Assembly (NCBI RefSeq): GCF_006345805.1 | Contig: NC_042998.1 | Span: 142,414,001-142,478,000, forward strand | Source of the DNA: Octopus sinensis | Lineage: Eukaryota | Direction: 5' to 3' | Length of the DNA stretch: 64,000 nt | Shown: piece by piece, positions 51,285-63,566 of the stretch | Numbering within the stretch: position 1 is the first letter of the stretch | Layout of the letters: every line of letters starts with the position of its first letter | Translations under genes and position numbers: made by a program | Notes under the pieces: generated by a model | Seen by the model: only the letters and a program-made list of their open reading frames with translations | Told to the model about the DNA's origin: nothing | Database searches by the model: none

Positions 51285-51650
51285 CCTCTTGTTATTGTTA
51301 TTGTTATTATCGCTGCTGCTGCCACTGCTGCTGTAGCCGCGGTTGCTGCTGCGGTTGCTGCTACGGTTGCTGCTGTTGCTGCTGCTGTGGCTGCTACGGC
51401 TGCTGCTGCTGCTACGGCTGCTATTGCTGCTACGACTGCTGCTGCTGCGGCTGCTGCTGCTGTGGCTGCAGATGCTGCATCTGCGGCTGCTGTTGCTCTT
51501 ATTGCTGTTGTTGCGTTTGTTACTGTTTCTGTTACTATTTTGGATACTGTTGCTGATGGTGCTGATGGTGCTGGTGGTGCTGGTCGCCGTTGTCGCGTTG
51601 TTGCTGTTGCTGTTGCTACTGTGGTGGTATTGGTGGTGGTGGTGGTGGGT
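51285..51650. repeat. Cryptic trinucleotide repeats (GTT/CTG/GTG)
   Basis: Directly visible. They explain the poly-S, -A and -L ORFs. Confidence 0.9.
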
Positions 51651-52334
51651 GCCTGTACGGAAATAGAGTTCCGTTTGAAATAGATTGTTACGCACCAACT
51701 GTCAAACTGTCATACACCACCAGAGCCGTTGCTACACATGGAATGAGACGTGTTGGCGCAGTTGTTTGGATGCTGACGATTTGGCACGGCTGAGAGTCAC
51801 CCTATTTTGGCAGCTACACTTTTAGACGCTAGAGGCGCGCAGAAATATACACACATAGAAAGAAAGTATGTGTGTGTGAGAGAGGGGGTTCGTGAGAACA
51901 AGAAAAGCATTAGAACAGGAAAAACATTAAAACAAAACATTAAAACCTATGGTGTCAAATAAGTCAGCATCGACCCAGCAACAACAAATAAGCGTCACTA
52001 AAATGGCTGTACCAAAACGTCTCATACACTGCTACATATCAAGTACATACATTTGCTAAAGGTACTAAAATCTGAAGGAGCTACCTGAATTTTTTAATCT
52101 AACCAAAAACACAAATTCTCTATAATAAAGGAGACAGTAGAGGTCACTTCCGGATCTCAGAAGGATAGTGGATAGGGTAATGGTAGAGCAGTGGAGACAT
52201 AAATGTCATGTAATGTCATGACCTGTCACATGGTTTAGTGTGAAGCATTTAAAACTTTTCCAAATAAAAAATTTACTCAATGATGTACGTGCTAATATAT
52301 ATATTTCTTCTACGTATTAAAAAATTAAGACGTG

Positions 52335-52885
52335 TAGCATGTTATAGAGCTGAGAAAAGACAATAGACATTTTCGAGTTGGGAGATGGAGTTATATATTG
52401 TAGGGCTGAGAGAAGATGACGCACGTTATAGAGCTGGGAGAAAGGGTTAGATTGTAGAACTAAGAGAAGTGAACTGTGAAGGGTTGATAGAAGAGGAGCA
52501 TTCAGTGAAGGGTTGATAGAAGAGGAAGAAGCGGATGTATATCGTAACACACGCTTAAAAAGAAGTACGTGCACATTGTAGGGTTGGGAGAAAAGAAACA
52601 CATAGTAGGGTCGGAAGTCGGGAAACGGGAGCACACATTATAGCGCTGCGAGATGGGATGTACACTGTAGGGAAACAAGAAGAGGTGGCACATTGTAGGA
52701 TTGAGAAATAGGGGTGCGTATAGCAGGTGTGAATGAAAGAGCATACATAATAAACCTGGAAGTAGAAGGGGTGTGTTACAGGGCTGCATACTGTATGAAC
52801 GGAGGCAGACGGTGCACGTACTAGGGACGAGAGATAGTCGTGCACAATATAAGGCCAGGAGAAGAGGGTTCGTACATTGTACGAT
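52335..52885. repeat. Old ~28-bp minisatellite (~18 degenerate units)
   Basis: Recurring GCACATTGTAGGGYTGRGAGAAG-like motif at ~27-29-bp spacing. Confidence 0.65.
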
Positions 52886-53482
52886 TGCCCTCTGTCGCTG
52901 AATATTTTAGCAGAGATTCCCAAAACAGCCTTTTTTCTGAAGGCACATGTGTGTGTGTGTATGTGTGTGTGTGCGGGTGTAACTGGGTGCTAAGAAGTTT
53001 GCTTCTCAATCACGTGGTTCCGGATTCAGTTCCATTGCGTAGCACCTCGGTCAAATGTCTTCTACTATAGCCACGGCGGGCTTGAATTATAACAGCGAAT
53101 GCAATCGACTGAACCGCACGTGTGTTTATCGTTATGGTAAAATCTAGCGTGCGGTTGAGTAAATTGTATTCTGGACGGGTTCGGCTGAAGAGCTACAGAT
53201 ATGTTATGTGAGTAAAATTACATAATTTATTAATAGCGAAACAATTGTCCTGAACTAATCTGCATTTTTGTTATTTTTATTTGCCCTGTTCGTTTGCGCT
53301 AGTAGTCGTGCTAACTTTCATCGGAAACAATTCTTTGTGGCTGAAACCTAGCGGATCTATTTTTAGTGCTAGAGTCGACCACATAGTGGTTACTCTCTTA
53401 TATTTATATATATATATACTTACATGTGTTGTGTGTGTGTGCCTTTGTGTTTATGTTATTATATATATCTATATATAATTTA

Positions 53483-53769
53483 TAGTAAAGATTGTTTGCC
53501 AACATAGCATGGCAGTCCTAGTTCAGGACGAATGTTACAGTAATTTAGCCCCAGGTGACATCGTCTCCAGCTGGCTGTACGACACGATCTGTGTCCTAAT
53601 ATTTTCGAACAAGAGAATGAGTGGGGTTGCTAGATTCCCTTGTTCGAAAATATAAGGACACAGAGCGTGTCGTATAGCCAACTGGAGATGCTGTCTCCTG
53701 GGGCTAAATTACAGCAACATTCGTCCTAAACCACGACTGCCATGTTATGTTGGCAAACAATCTTTACTA
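53483..53769. repeat. 287-bp foldback palindrome (136-bp arms, 15-nt spacer)
   Basis: TAGTAAAGATTGTTTGCCAACAT... / ...ATGTTGGCAAACAATCTTTACTA. Shares GCCCCAGG...TCTCCAGCTGGCT with 28830-28870 and ~61205-61240. Confidence 0.85.
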
Positions 53770-54020
53770 CAAAGTACTGTCGCTGAATATCTCACGTTGT
53801 GGGCTTTAAAAATAGTTATTTCCGATGTTAATTTGTTGGCGTCCTCATGACATGGTGGTTCTGCAAAGGAGATCGATAAAGTAATTACCATGCTTAAAAA
53901 TAAGTACTAAGGTCATTTCTTTCGACTGAAAAAAGATACTTTCAATGCGATGCCCCAATATAGCAGCAGTCCAGTGATTGACACAGGTAAACGATAAAGA
54001 TTACATATATACATACATAT

Positions 54021-54127
<107 letters not shown>

Positions 54128-55371
54128 CAGGTCACTAAGAATGAAATGTCCGGTTTTGAACTGAAAATTATTTTACTTTATCTCAATAAAAATCAATGTA
54201 GTTAATCGAAGAATGTACCTAAATTATCATTACAATTTTGCCATTTCATCGGCAGCGAAGAATTCTGGAGAGCAAGAGATGATGAAATCACGAAAGCTGT
54301 CTTTGCATCTTCTTCAGATTTGAAGTTTTTTCCTTGCAAAAAGTTGTCTAATGCCTGGAAAACGTGGTAGTCAGTTGATGCACGGTCTGGTGAATATGGT
54401 AGATGACAGTACTTCCAAGTTCAATTCCTGTAACTTGAGTAGCGTTCTTTGTGCAGCATGTGGTCGAGCATTGTCTTGCAAAAGAATTGGCCTGTCTCCA
54501 TTGACCAATCTCGGTTGTTTAATTATAAGTTCACTTATCATTTCATCCAATTGGTGGATGTATACATCCGCTGTAATTGACTTACCAGGTATCATGAAGC
54601 TGTAGTGGATGACACCAGAACTGGACCACCAAACAGACACCATTAGATATTTTTGGTGAATATTTTTTGGATTGTGCTTTGACACTTCGTCTCTATCCAA
54701 CCACCATGCAGAACGCTTGCTTTTGTTGAAAAGAATCTATTTTTCTTCACACATAACAATACGATGCAAAAATGTTTCGCTTTTATGCTGTGACAGCAAA
54801 GAGCAGCAATTTGAAGACGACTTGCCATTTGATGCACATTCAGTTCGTGTGGTACCCACTTGTCCAGCTTCTTTACCTTGCCGTTTTGTTTCCGATGGTC
54901 CAATACAGTTGGAATCGAAACAGCAAACCTTGATGCTAACTCATGCGTAATTTGAGATGTATCTGCTTCCACTCACCATTATCCACCTTGGTCTCAGGTC
55001 TACCATGGGGCTGATTTTCAAGAGAAAAAGTCACCAGATAGGAACTTCTCAAACCACCAACATACAGCATGCTCATTCGCCACATCTTCACCAAACACCT
55101 CATTGATGTTTCGAGCTATTTGGGATGTACTGGTTCCACAACGGAACTCATATTCATAAACAACACGAATTTTTTATCTATCCATGAGTTCACAAGAATT
55201 GTTACAAGACAAAACTCACAATATAATCAGACACCATGAATTGCATTTCGAAAAGTGATGAGGTAACTCTTCAATGTTGTAAAACAAAGAATTGTCAGGA
55301 TAAAACATTAGAGTTAACGATTGTCAAACTTATTACATAAGAAAATTGAACATTTCATTCTTAATGACCTT
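54128..55371 (-). mobile_element. Mariner (DD34D) transposon, full length, decayed
   Basis: TIRs CAGGTCACTAAGAATGAAATGTCC / GAACATTTCATTCTTAATGACCT in TA context. KWVPHEL, LLQDNARPH and SPDLA(P)TDYH motifs. Confidence 0.92.
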
Positions 55372-55376
55372 ATATA

Positions 55377-55407
<31 letters not shown>

Positions 55408-55832
55408 CAGTGGTAAACAAATTTTTTATATGTTTCACATTTGATGTTTGAATTTATAACACTAAGCAAGTGTAGACGTAAAGGACACCAATACGTTAAT
55501 GTTTCTGTCCTGCTTCTTGTCTATTAATTCCCGGACAGCGTTTATGTTTTTCACGTTCTTAACACAACCGTATTGAAACTGAATGGTACTACCAAGGTGT
55601 CGAAACCATAATGATATCTGTTAGGTAGCTGATGATGTGTATAGATGTTTGAAAGCTGTTAAGTTTTTATATCATGTGATCTCGTTGTTGGCCTTCATTC
55701 TTATAATGTTGAACTTGTAAAAGGGTTCCTGGTTTCTTGGTTTATGGTTGTTTTGTTGCACACACACTTATATATTAATAGATATACATATACGCATGAA
55801 TATAAATGTGCATATTTACTTTTATATATATA

Positions 55833-56980
55833 CTAGCAGCATAGCCCGGCGTTGCCCGAGTATGTAAGAGCCCCTAGTAGGCAACGACTAATCCCAATCT
55901 AGTCCTTTCCCTCTAGGGAACGAAGGCGCATGTGTAGGTTGCAATGTCTTCTCTTCACTTCCAAATAACTATCAAACAGCTATCGATAATTCAACCCAAC
56001 CAATTCCTACCAGGAAGAAATTACATTCGAGACTTTACTCCCAACACCGCCACTTCTGCTAATAGCTGCTGCAGCCGCAAGTTATTCGAATACTTTTTTT
56101 TGTTTAAACTTTCTTTATAACTACCACCCCAAACGTTTTACCTTAAATTTTTGACGTACCCTAAGGGTCCTCGGACGCTACTTGCAAACTCTTGGTTTAT
56201 TATAAACTGCTTTTGTCGTGTGCACCAAAAAACCTTTTCCATTCGTTTGTTCAGTTTGGTCACTTTTGACTTTTTCGTTGTTGTCACTCACATTGCTGCC
56301 CGCTTTTTTGCCGTTTTTGTACATTCTTATACATTTTGGGATACTTACCCCACGTGTTCCGAGAGTTAAAAAGGTCGAGTTGCGTCCCCTAGACAGTCTG
56401 TGGTTTGTGTTTAATACACAAATCGGTTTGCTATGTGTGCCACATATGATTTAATCAACCGATTTTTTCCAGTAATAAAGTATCCTATTGGAATAAAATG
56501 GGCCATATAGCTCCTTGGAGCAGACATGATGCTCGCTGTGAATTTTTTAAAAACTCCTGCCAATTTGTGAAAGATATTGTCGAAAATATGTCATCTTGAA
56601 TTTGAACACGATTTCCCAAAATGGCATGATTTTATCGATTATTTCTGATGGTAAGGTATTGCATGGAAATCTAACGTCAGAATTAAGTTTCTTAGGGTAA
56701 CATTAAGCTTCACCATGAGTTTGGTGAAAATCGATTGCAAGTTGCGAAAACTACAACAGAAAATGTGTTGCATATAAAAAGCTTAGATTCTCGACCCCAT
56801 GTCGAATTTATCGATTTTTTCAGAACTGGAGGAACTTTCCAAAATTTTCGCTGCATTAGTTTTGAATTATGACATTGGGCTATGTGTGTGTCAAGTTTCA
56901 TCAGAATCGGTTGACAGCCGTGATCAGGGTGAGGGTACAACCTGACAGACACACAGACAGACAAACTGCCGTTTATATAT
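55833..56980 (-). mobile_element. Non-autonomous Helitron-like element A
   Basis: 5' TATATATAAACGGCAGTTTGTCTGTCTG in (TA)n. 3' subterminal GC-rich hairpin-like motif followed by CTAG|T at 55833. Confidence 0.65.
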
Positions 56981-56981
56981 A

Positions 56982-57019
<38 letters not shown>

Positions 57020-57024
<5 letters not shown>

Positions 57025-57498
57025 ATATATAAAAGGCAGGATGTGTGTGTGTGTGTGTGTACGCGAATGTAATTTATGTACGTCCACAAATTAGCACGCA
57101 TGTCACTCCAATTTTAGGAGGACATTCGTCACTTTCCTAGCTGCATTTTCGTCAAATTATTTTCCCCCGAGGCACCAGAGAATAGCGGTAAAAGTAAATT
57201 TTCGACCATAACTTAACAATTTTCACGGCGGAGAAATCCACCATTGTTTACAAACATGAGTTAAGTCCCCTTCTAGTGACGGTGTAAAGAGAGGGAGGGG
57301 GAGAGAGAGAGAGAGATAACAGATTTTTAAAATTTCGTCTTTTTAGTGATTGACAGGCAAAAACAGACAGACAGGTATTGTTATGTATGTATGTATGTAT
57401 GCATGTATGTATGTGTATGTATGTATGTGTGAATAGCCTCAGTCACACAAGCATGTATGCGTACAAAACACATGTATGCAATGTGTGTGTGTTACCCG

Positions 57499-57580
<82 letters not shown>

Positions 57581-58300
57581 CAATATAAACGATATTCTCC
57601 GTTTCTCCACAACTAATTTCCAAATTAGCTGAATCCGTTGCTCTACTCAGCGATATATAGCTGGTCGTGCGTGAACATGGGAGAAAGCAAAGGCTACCAG
57701 AGCAAAAGACCTACATGCTGACTGTAGACACGCTCCTTCGCAAACGATCGGCTATTATTTTGTAAACAACGTTTCGAAACTGTTCATGTTTTCTAAAGGA
57801 AAGATCTGACTCTCACATCTCTGTGGGAGAAGGTAGGCCTCTCTATTCTACTAACAAAACTTACGTCCGGGTGCCAAATTTGCATTTTGTAAACAATGTT
57901 TCGAAACTGTCCATGTTTTGAATAGGAGAGAGCTGACTCTCACATCTCTGCGGGAGAAGGTAGGCTTCTCTATTCCTCTTACAGAACTTACGTCCGGGTG
58001 CCAAATTTGCTTCAATTGATGGTATTACTCGGGTAGGAGGTGATGCCAGCATTACCCTAGGAGTCATGGGATCTTTGAATGCTTTCAGTTCTCCAAAAAC
58101 GAAAAAAAAAAAACAATCGATGAATGGAATAAATCGATAAAACGATTCCTTATGGGATTTCCCAATCAAATTGTCTGCAAAATTTCAGCCAAAAGTTTAC
58201 TAATTTCAACGGATTTCACTCAAATTTGACGTCGACGTTACTTAGTTTGCTTTGAAAAAAGGAACTTGATGATCCGAGCAAATCCGGGCTATACTGCTAG
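57020..58300 (+). mobile_element. Non-autonomous Helitron-like element B
   Basis: 5' TATATATAAAAGGCAGGATGTG. 3' CCGAGCAAATCCGGGCTATACTG CTAG|T. Internal ~127-bp tandem duplication at ~57755-58010. Confidence 0.65.
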
Positions 58301-58410
58301 TATGTATATATATATATATATAGTTTAAATTTACAGAAAACAAAAGACGAAGACTGTTGTAAGAACAACAAGCAGGTGTATTAGTATAACGCTCGGGAAG
58401 AATGGAAAAG

Positions 58411-58448
58411 ACTTTTACGTTTCGAGCTAACTCTCTTCAACAGAAAGT
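58411..58448 (-). ncRNA. Ultra-minimal hammerhead-like motif (A6U variant)
   Basis: ACTTT CTGTTGA A GAG AGTTAG CTC GAAAC GTA AAAGT: perfect 5-bp stem I, and stem III reduced to the ACGU palindrome. Confidence 0.45.
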
Positions 58449-58644
58449 ATTAAGAGGTAAAAAAAAAAAACGGAGAAAGAATGAAAAGAAATAAACGGAG
58501 TGAAAAAAAAGAGGTGGAAAGATTAACGGTTCAACATATGAGACGTAAATATATTTATTTAACCACTTGTCATTGTTAGGGGTGCGGCCGTTTCGTAAAC
58601 TTCATCGTGTAATAATAATTTCAGTGTATGATAAATTATTTTAT

Positions 58645-58748
<104 letters not shown>

Positions 58749-58848
58749 GTGTGTGTGTATATATATGTATGCATGTATGTTGTATGTACTACGTACTGTG
58801 TGTGTGTACGCGCATGCACGCACCAGTGCATGTACGCTTTATCGACAC

Positions 58849-58997
58849 AGGCATGGATATTTGGTTAAGTAGCTCGCTTTGCAGCCACGAGTTTCGGATT
58901 CAGTTTGATTGCGTGAACCCATGTCTTTCACTATGGGCTCTCGCCAAAAAATGCATTGTGAATTTGGTAGACGGAAACTATGGAAGACTGTCAGATA

Positions 58998-59031
<34 letters not shown>

Positions 59032-59229
59032 CCTTTCTGTCTGTCATGCACGCACACGCTCACAAACCTGCTTGACAACCGATGCTAGTTTGTTTACATC
59101 CCCGTAACTTATCGGTTTCGACAGGAGACCTATACAAAAGGCAGTAAAGTTTAGAAAAAACATAAACACGTCGATTTGTTCGGCTAAACCCCTTCGAGGT
59201 GATGCTCCAGTGTGGCTGAAACAAGTGAA
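58849..59229 (+). mobile_element. tRNA-derived SINE (46485 family), diverged
   Basis: Same head, body and internal (GT)n. The 3' end abuts (GATA)n. Confidence 0.8.
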
Positions 59230-59230
59230 A

Positions 59231-59323
<93 letters not shown>

Positions 59324-59345
59324 AGATATAGATAGATAGATAGAT

Positions 59346-59433
<88 letters not shown>

Positions 59434-59434
59434 T

Positions 59435-60199
59435 GTTTCTTTATTAGCCACACAGGGCTGCACACAGACGGGACAGATTACAAAAAAAGGGTTTTCGATC
59501 AAAAGGAATCGTAAAAGGGGAAGAAGAAAAGAAAAAAGAAAAAGAAAAAAGGAAAAGAAACAAAAGAAAAGAAAAAAGAAAAAGAAAAACAAAGAAAAAA
59601 CGATCAATAGGGATCATGTATCGCAGTGTCATGATGTAAGGTTTAAAGGGGGAAGCAGATAAGGTTTATCCGTGGGAAGAAGAAAAGCCTACGGAAAAGA
59701 CCACGGTAACCTCGGTCAATATTGTTTACATGTTACCACATTTATTTGCAAGTAGGTAACCCTCTGTTTTAAATTTCCGGGTTCATAGGATTATGCTCAA
59801 GGTGGCTTCGTCATTCATACGTGTCATCCTTGCTACATTCACCCATCTTTTTTAAAACATTCGCTAGACAAAACTTGCCTCTCTACTCTTACTTTCCTTT
59901 CCAAGTGATACTTGAAGAAGTTGATGAGAGATTGACCAGAGAGGAAAGTGTTTGCCTCCAATCCTTTCAGACGCGTCCACCAGATACATTCTTTCGCCAT
60001 AGCTACAAGGATGATGAAAATAGCTCTTCCTTCACGTTTGAAGGAAGGAGGCGTGACAGTATTGACGATAGACTCGGCTGATAAACCGACTCGTCCCACA
60101 CGTTCGACATAATCCCACAGGTCGAAAATTGTTGGACACTGCACGAGTGCGTGCAGAACGGTTTCGTCGCTCTGACCGACGAAATCGTTCTGCACGCAC

Positions 60200-60200
<1 letters not shown>
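59435..60200 (-). mobile_element. 5'-truncated Tx1 copy 3 with terminal foldback
   Basis: 3' UTR plus the ORF2 C-terminus with a 12-nt in-frame deletion. (GATA)n at 59232-59432 and 60200-60284. Confidence 0.92.
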
Positions 60201-60285
<85 letters not shown>

Positions 60286-61479
60286 TTAAAAATATAGCTT
60301 TTTGTAAGGGAAATAACTCGAAGAAAATATCAACAACTGTTCAAGGGAGACAAAAGATATTGAACTGGATTTTTTTGATTTTTTTATTCAATGTAATTTC
60401 ATGAAACGTAGGAACAAAATAATACCAGAGATATGTAGTGACTGTAAAATGGTCTAAACTGTCCTGATCTCATGAAAGGATGTTTCCGAGGTATTCGTTT
60501 ATAGGATCTGTGCATATCTGATATAAAGTATCTGGTTTGTGGATGGATGATGATTGTGCGTAAGAAATTAAGTGAAAGTGAAACTTAAACTTTTATGTTT
60601 TAGTTGATGTTGTTATTACATCAGGCCGAATCCTGCAGAACTTCCCCATCACCAAAACAACAAATAAGTTAACTGTTTGAGAAAATAGAACGCAGTGTAA
60701 TAAATGAGTGTGTATCTATGTGCATGCATACAGATACGCGCGCACAAACACACACATACGTGTTTAAGTAAAAAGAGGGAGAAAGAAAAGGAGAGAAAAA
60801 TAGGGAGGGTGAAAAAGAGGGGGAGACAGAAGCGTCCATGATGTGAAGTAAAGGAAAATTTAACTGTAACGCTTTCACGCGATTAGTTGAAGGGAAACAG
60901 AGAAAGAAGAAAAAAGGAGTGCTGCTTGGCCTGTGATCTACAAGGGAGATAATTTTAGGTTACCTTTTACCTTTCAATTTCTAAAAACCCGTAAGATGTT
61001 GATTAAAGATTTTTATGTGATCAGCGACGAAACGAAGGCAATTGCATTTTTACAAGAAACCAACACTAAATTCACATCATTCCTTAAGAAAATTTACTCT
61101 CGTAGATCAACGCAAAGTAAACTAAACAGTAACCTAAAGTATGTGAAGTATATTTGCCACTTAAATATGGCTAACCACTAAGGGTGGATGCTACTGTAGC
61201 TTGTAGCCCCAGGAGAACATCTTCTCCAGCTGGCTATTGACACTGTTTTATTGAATGCAGAGAATTTAGAGGTCCATATTTTCTTTATCCGGATGTAATA
61301 TTATTTATTGGAACGTGCCTTGTTACAGGTACCATAGTAAGATATGTTTTCATCTCTTCCTTGGAACCTGTAACATTCCTCATTAGAAACAGTCATTGAT
61401 GGAGATGCTGCTTGTCAGGTTCATAGTTTTCCCTCTTTTCACAACCATATAGCAGCATTTATCCTAACCAATTATCCAA

Positions 61480-61860
61480 CCCTATATCTTTTGAGAATGT
61501 TGTAACTAGGTCAAGGATCTTTTTCATCGCATGTATATTCTTGGCATGCAGTTTCCAGTCGTCCACAAAGAAACTGTGTAATTTTAGTATTTCTGTTTCC
61601 TTGTGAACCAATGAGATATTCTTCAGACTTTACAGAAAGTATAAACAACATCACAGAGAAGCTGTCCCTTTGGAATATACCTCTGCGATACTGTTTTCTC
61701 AGAGATAATACAATCACACCTTGTATTTAATTTCAAGGTGGTGGCCCATGATGAAGTCAGGTCAGCTATGGCTTTGGCTATGCTCACTGAAACTTTAGCA
61801 AGTCGAAAAGCTTCTATATCCATGAGTGGAGACAGAGGCAAAAACTTTCTTGTAGTCCAA
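61480..61860 (-). mobile_element. Decayed R4-like RT fragment
   Basis: RRGIFQRDSFSVMLFIL..YLIGSQGNRNTKIT..(FFVDDL in a shifted frame). Confidence 0.6.
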
Positions 61861-62075
61861 CCACATTGAAACTAAGCTCATCCTATACTACCGCACCTCT
61901 AACATTTCAGTTTTATTTATCAACAATTGCATAAATACTGAAAAGTATTTTCTAAACCTTTTATTATATAGCTAAATTAAATGTCCTGTCAAGTCTTGCC
62001 AAACTGTTTGCCTTGGATAATGGTACAAAAAGCTAACCTTCTACTGACCATGTGTGTGTGTGTGTGTGTGTGTGC

Positions 62076-63566
62076 ATGAACGTTCTTCATTACAAGTGAA
62101 TAATACGTTCTAAACAAAGGCAGCGTGCAATCATTGAGTGTTTGAAGAGCGAGGTGTGTAGGGTGTCTTACATCCACAGATGTCTGCAGATTATTTAGAT
62201 GACACCATTGACACTAGCAGTATGCACAGCTGGATTAGGAAGTTTAAAGAAGGGGAAACAGCATTGAAGAGAAACCATACAGTGGGAGACCATCAACTGT
62301 GGCCGCTGAAACAAATCGCCAGGGTGTGGAGAGCTGAATCGCGCGGAGAGATGAGTCACAATCAGCGAGCTTGTTGCGCAATACTATGATAAGAATGCAT
62401 AACAGGAGATGATGGAAGACTTTGGGTATCTGAAAGTCTGTGTAAATGGCTTTTTTCGGCAGCTGACACCCGATTTCAAGAAAAAAGGAATGAAAATCTA
62501 CTCTGATCTGTTGGCAGCGTTTCAACAATCCAGTAGCAACACCTCTTCTCAAAGCCTTCTTAGTTTGGATAGTGACAGCTTTCTCATTAGCCGGCAGTTT
62601 GAAATTCTTCAAGATGTATTTGACAATGGCCTGATGAGATGAGCCGCTCTTCTCGCTCAAGCTCGTGATACCTTGTTTAACCATTTGACTCTAACCTGGG
62701 TGATTAAAGGCATTTCATCCGTGAATATGGGTGGGGTGAGATGCTTCGAATCAGGTTTTCACGTACGCAGAAATGAAAAAAGCAATGCGCATAAAGCCTT
62801 GGGCAAGGGAAGAGAGCTTATCAAAAGAAATAGCGGGTTTTTAGAAACACAGCATATTAACTGGTGATATAGCTTAAACTAAAGACACTTTTCCCTGATC
62901 TGGTGACAATGAATGAATCGTTGACGTATCTATATGATCCGTAAATGAACTTTCTGACCGTGGAATGCGTCACATCTTTTTCACCTTCTCAGGAGTTCTA
63001 GAGAAAGCGATTGGCAGTGAAAGTCATAATGACAGTTTCTTAAGAAAAAATTGGCGTCGTTCTCCTTTGTTTTCTGCAATATGGTTGCACTGTTAACTGC
63101 GAGCGGTACCTAAAAGTTTAGGGAAGCCATCAAGAGAATGAGACTAAACATGAGTCTGAAAACGAACTACATTCACCGTTGCAGCGTATATCTTTGGCAA
63201 CAAATCACGCAACCAGAAAATTGGGCAGTCTTCCATCCACCGAACAGCCCGGACCTGGCGCCCTCCAACTTCCACCTCTTCGACCCAACGACGGATAGTC
63301 TTCGGGGACAGCGAATTGATGACACAAACGAGATGGAAATCATTGTGAAGAAATAGGTACAACAGTACGCCCTTGAATTCTTTCAAAGAGTATTCAGGAG
63401 CTTGGGTGCAATGATGACGCAAGAGCAACGCTTGTGATGTAGACTACGTTAAGTAGTATCTTTATATAGACGAAGAATTATTCTGCAACATGTCCAATTT
63501 GAAAAACCTATGCCAGTTAATAAAAACATTTTGCCTATATGTGCAATAGTTTCAGCACAACCTTCG
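62076..63566 (+). mobile_element. Mariner transposon, decayed, interrupted by a ~350-bp insert
   Basis: KQRAIIECL..WIRKFKEG..KVC..RQLT..SDLL [insert] LVTMNESLTYLYDP..KVIMTV..HPPNSPDLAPSNFHLF. Right TIR ...GCACAACCTTCG|TA. Confidence 0.85.
62520..62702 (-). pseudogene. Histone H1 globular (H15) domain fragment
   Basis: NHPG*SQMVKQGITSLSEKSGSSHQAIVKYILKNFKLPANEKAVTIQTKKALRRGVATGLLK matches the H1 pattern HPxYSxMV..AI..L.E..GSS.QAI.KYI...LK. It is truncated before the GxGASGSF wing. Confidence 0.85.

Noticed and set aside
52335-52885. CRISPR-like array or repetitive structural protein exon
   Set aside because: The repeats are too degenerate, there are no true spacers, and the ~28-bp period shifts the frame in each unit.
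57755-58010. ~127-bp duplication as C2H2 zinc fingers
   Set aside because: CxxC and F/L spacing are suggestive, but both His ligands are absent and the frames are broken.
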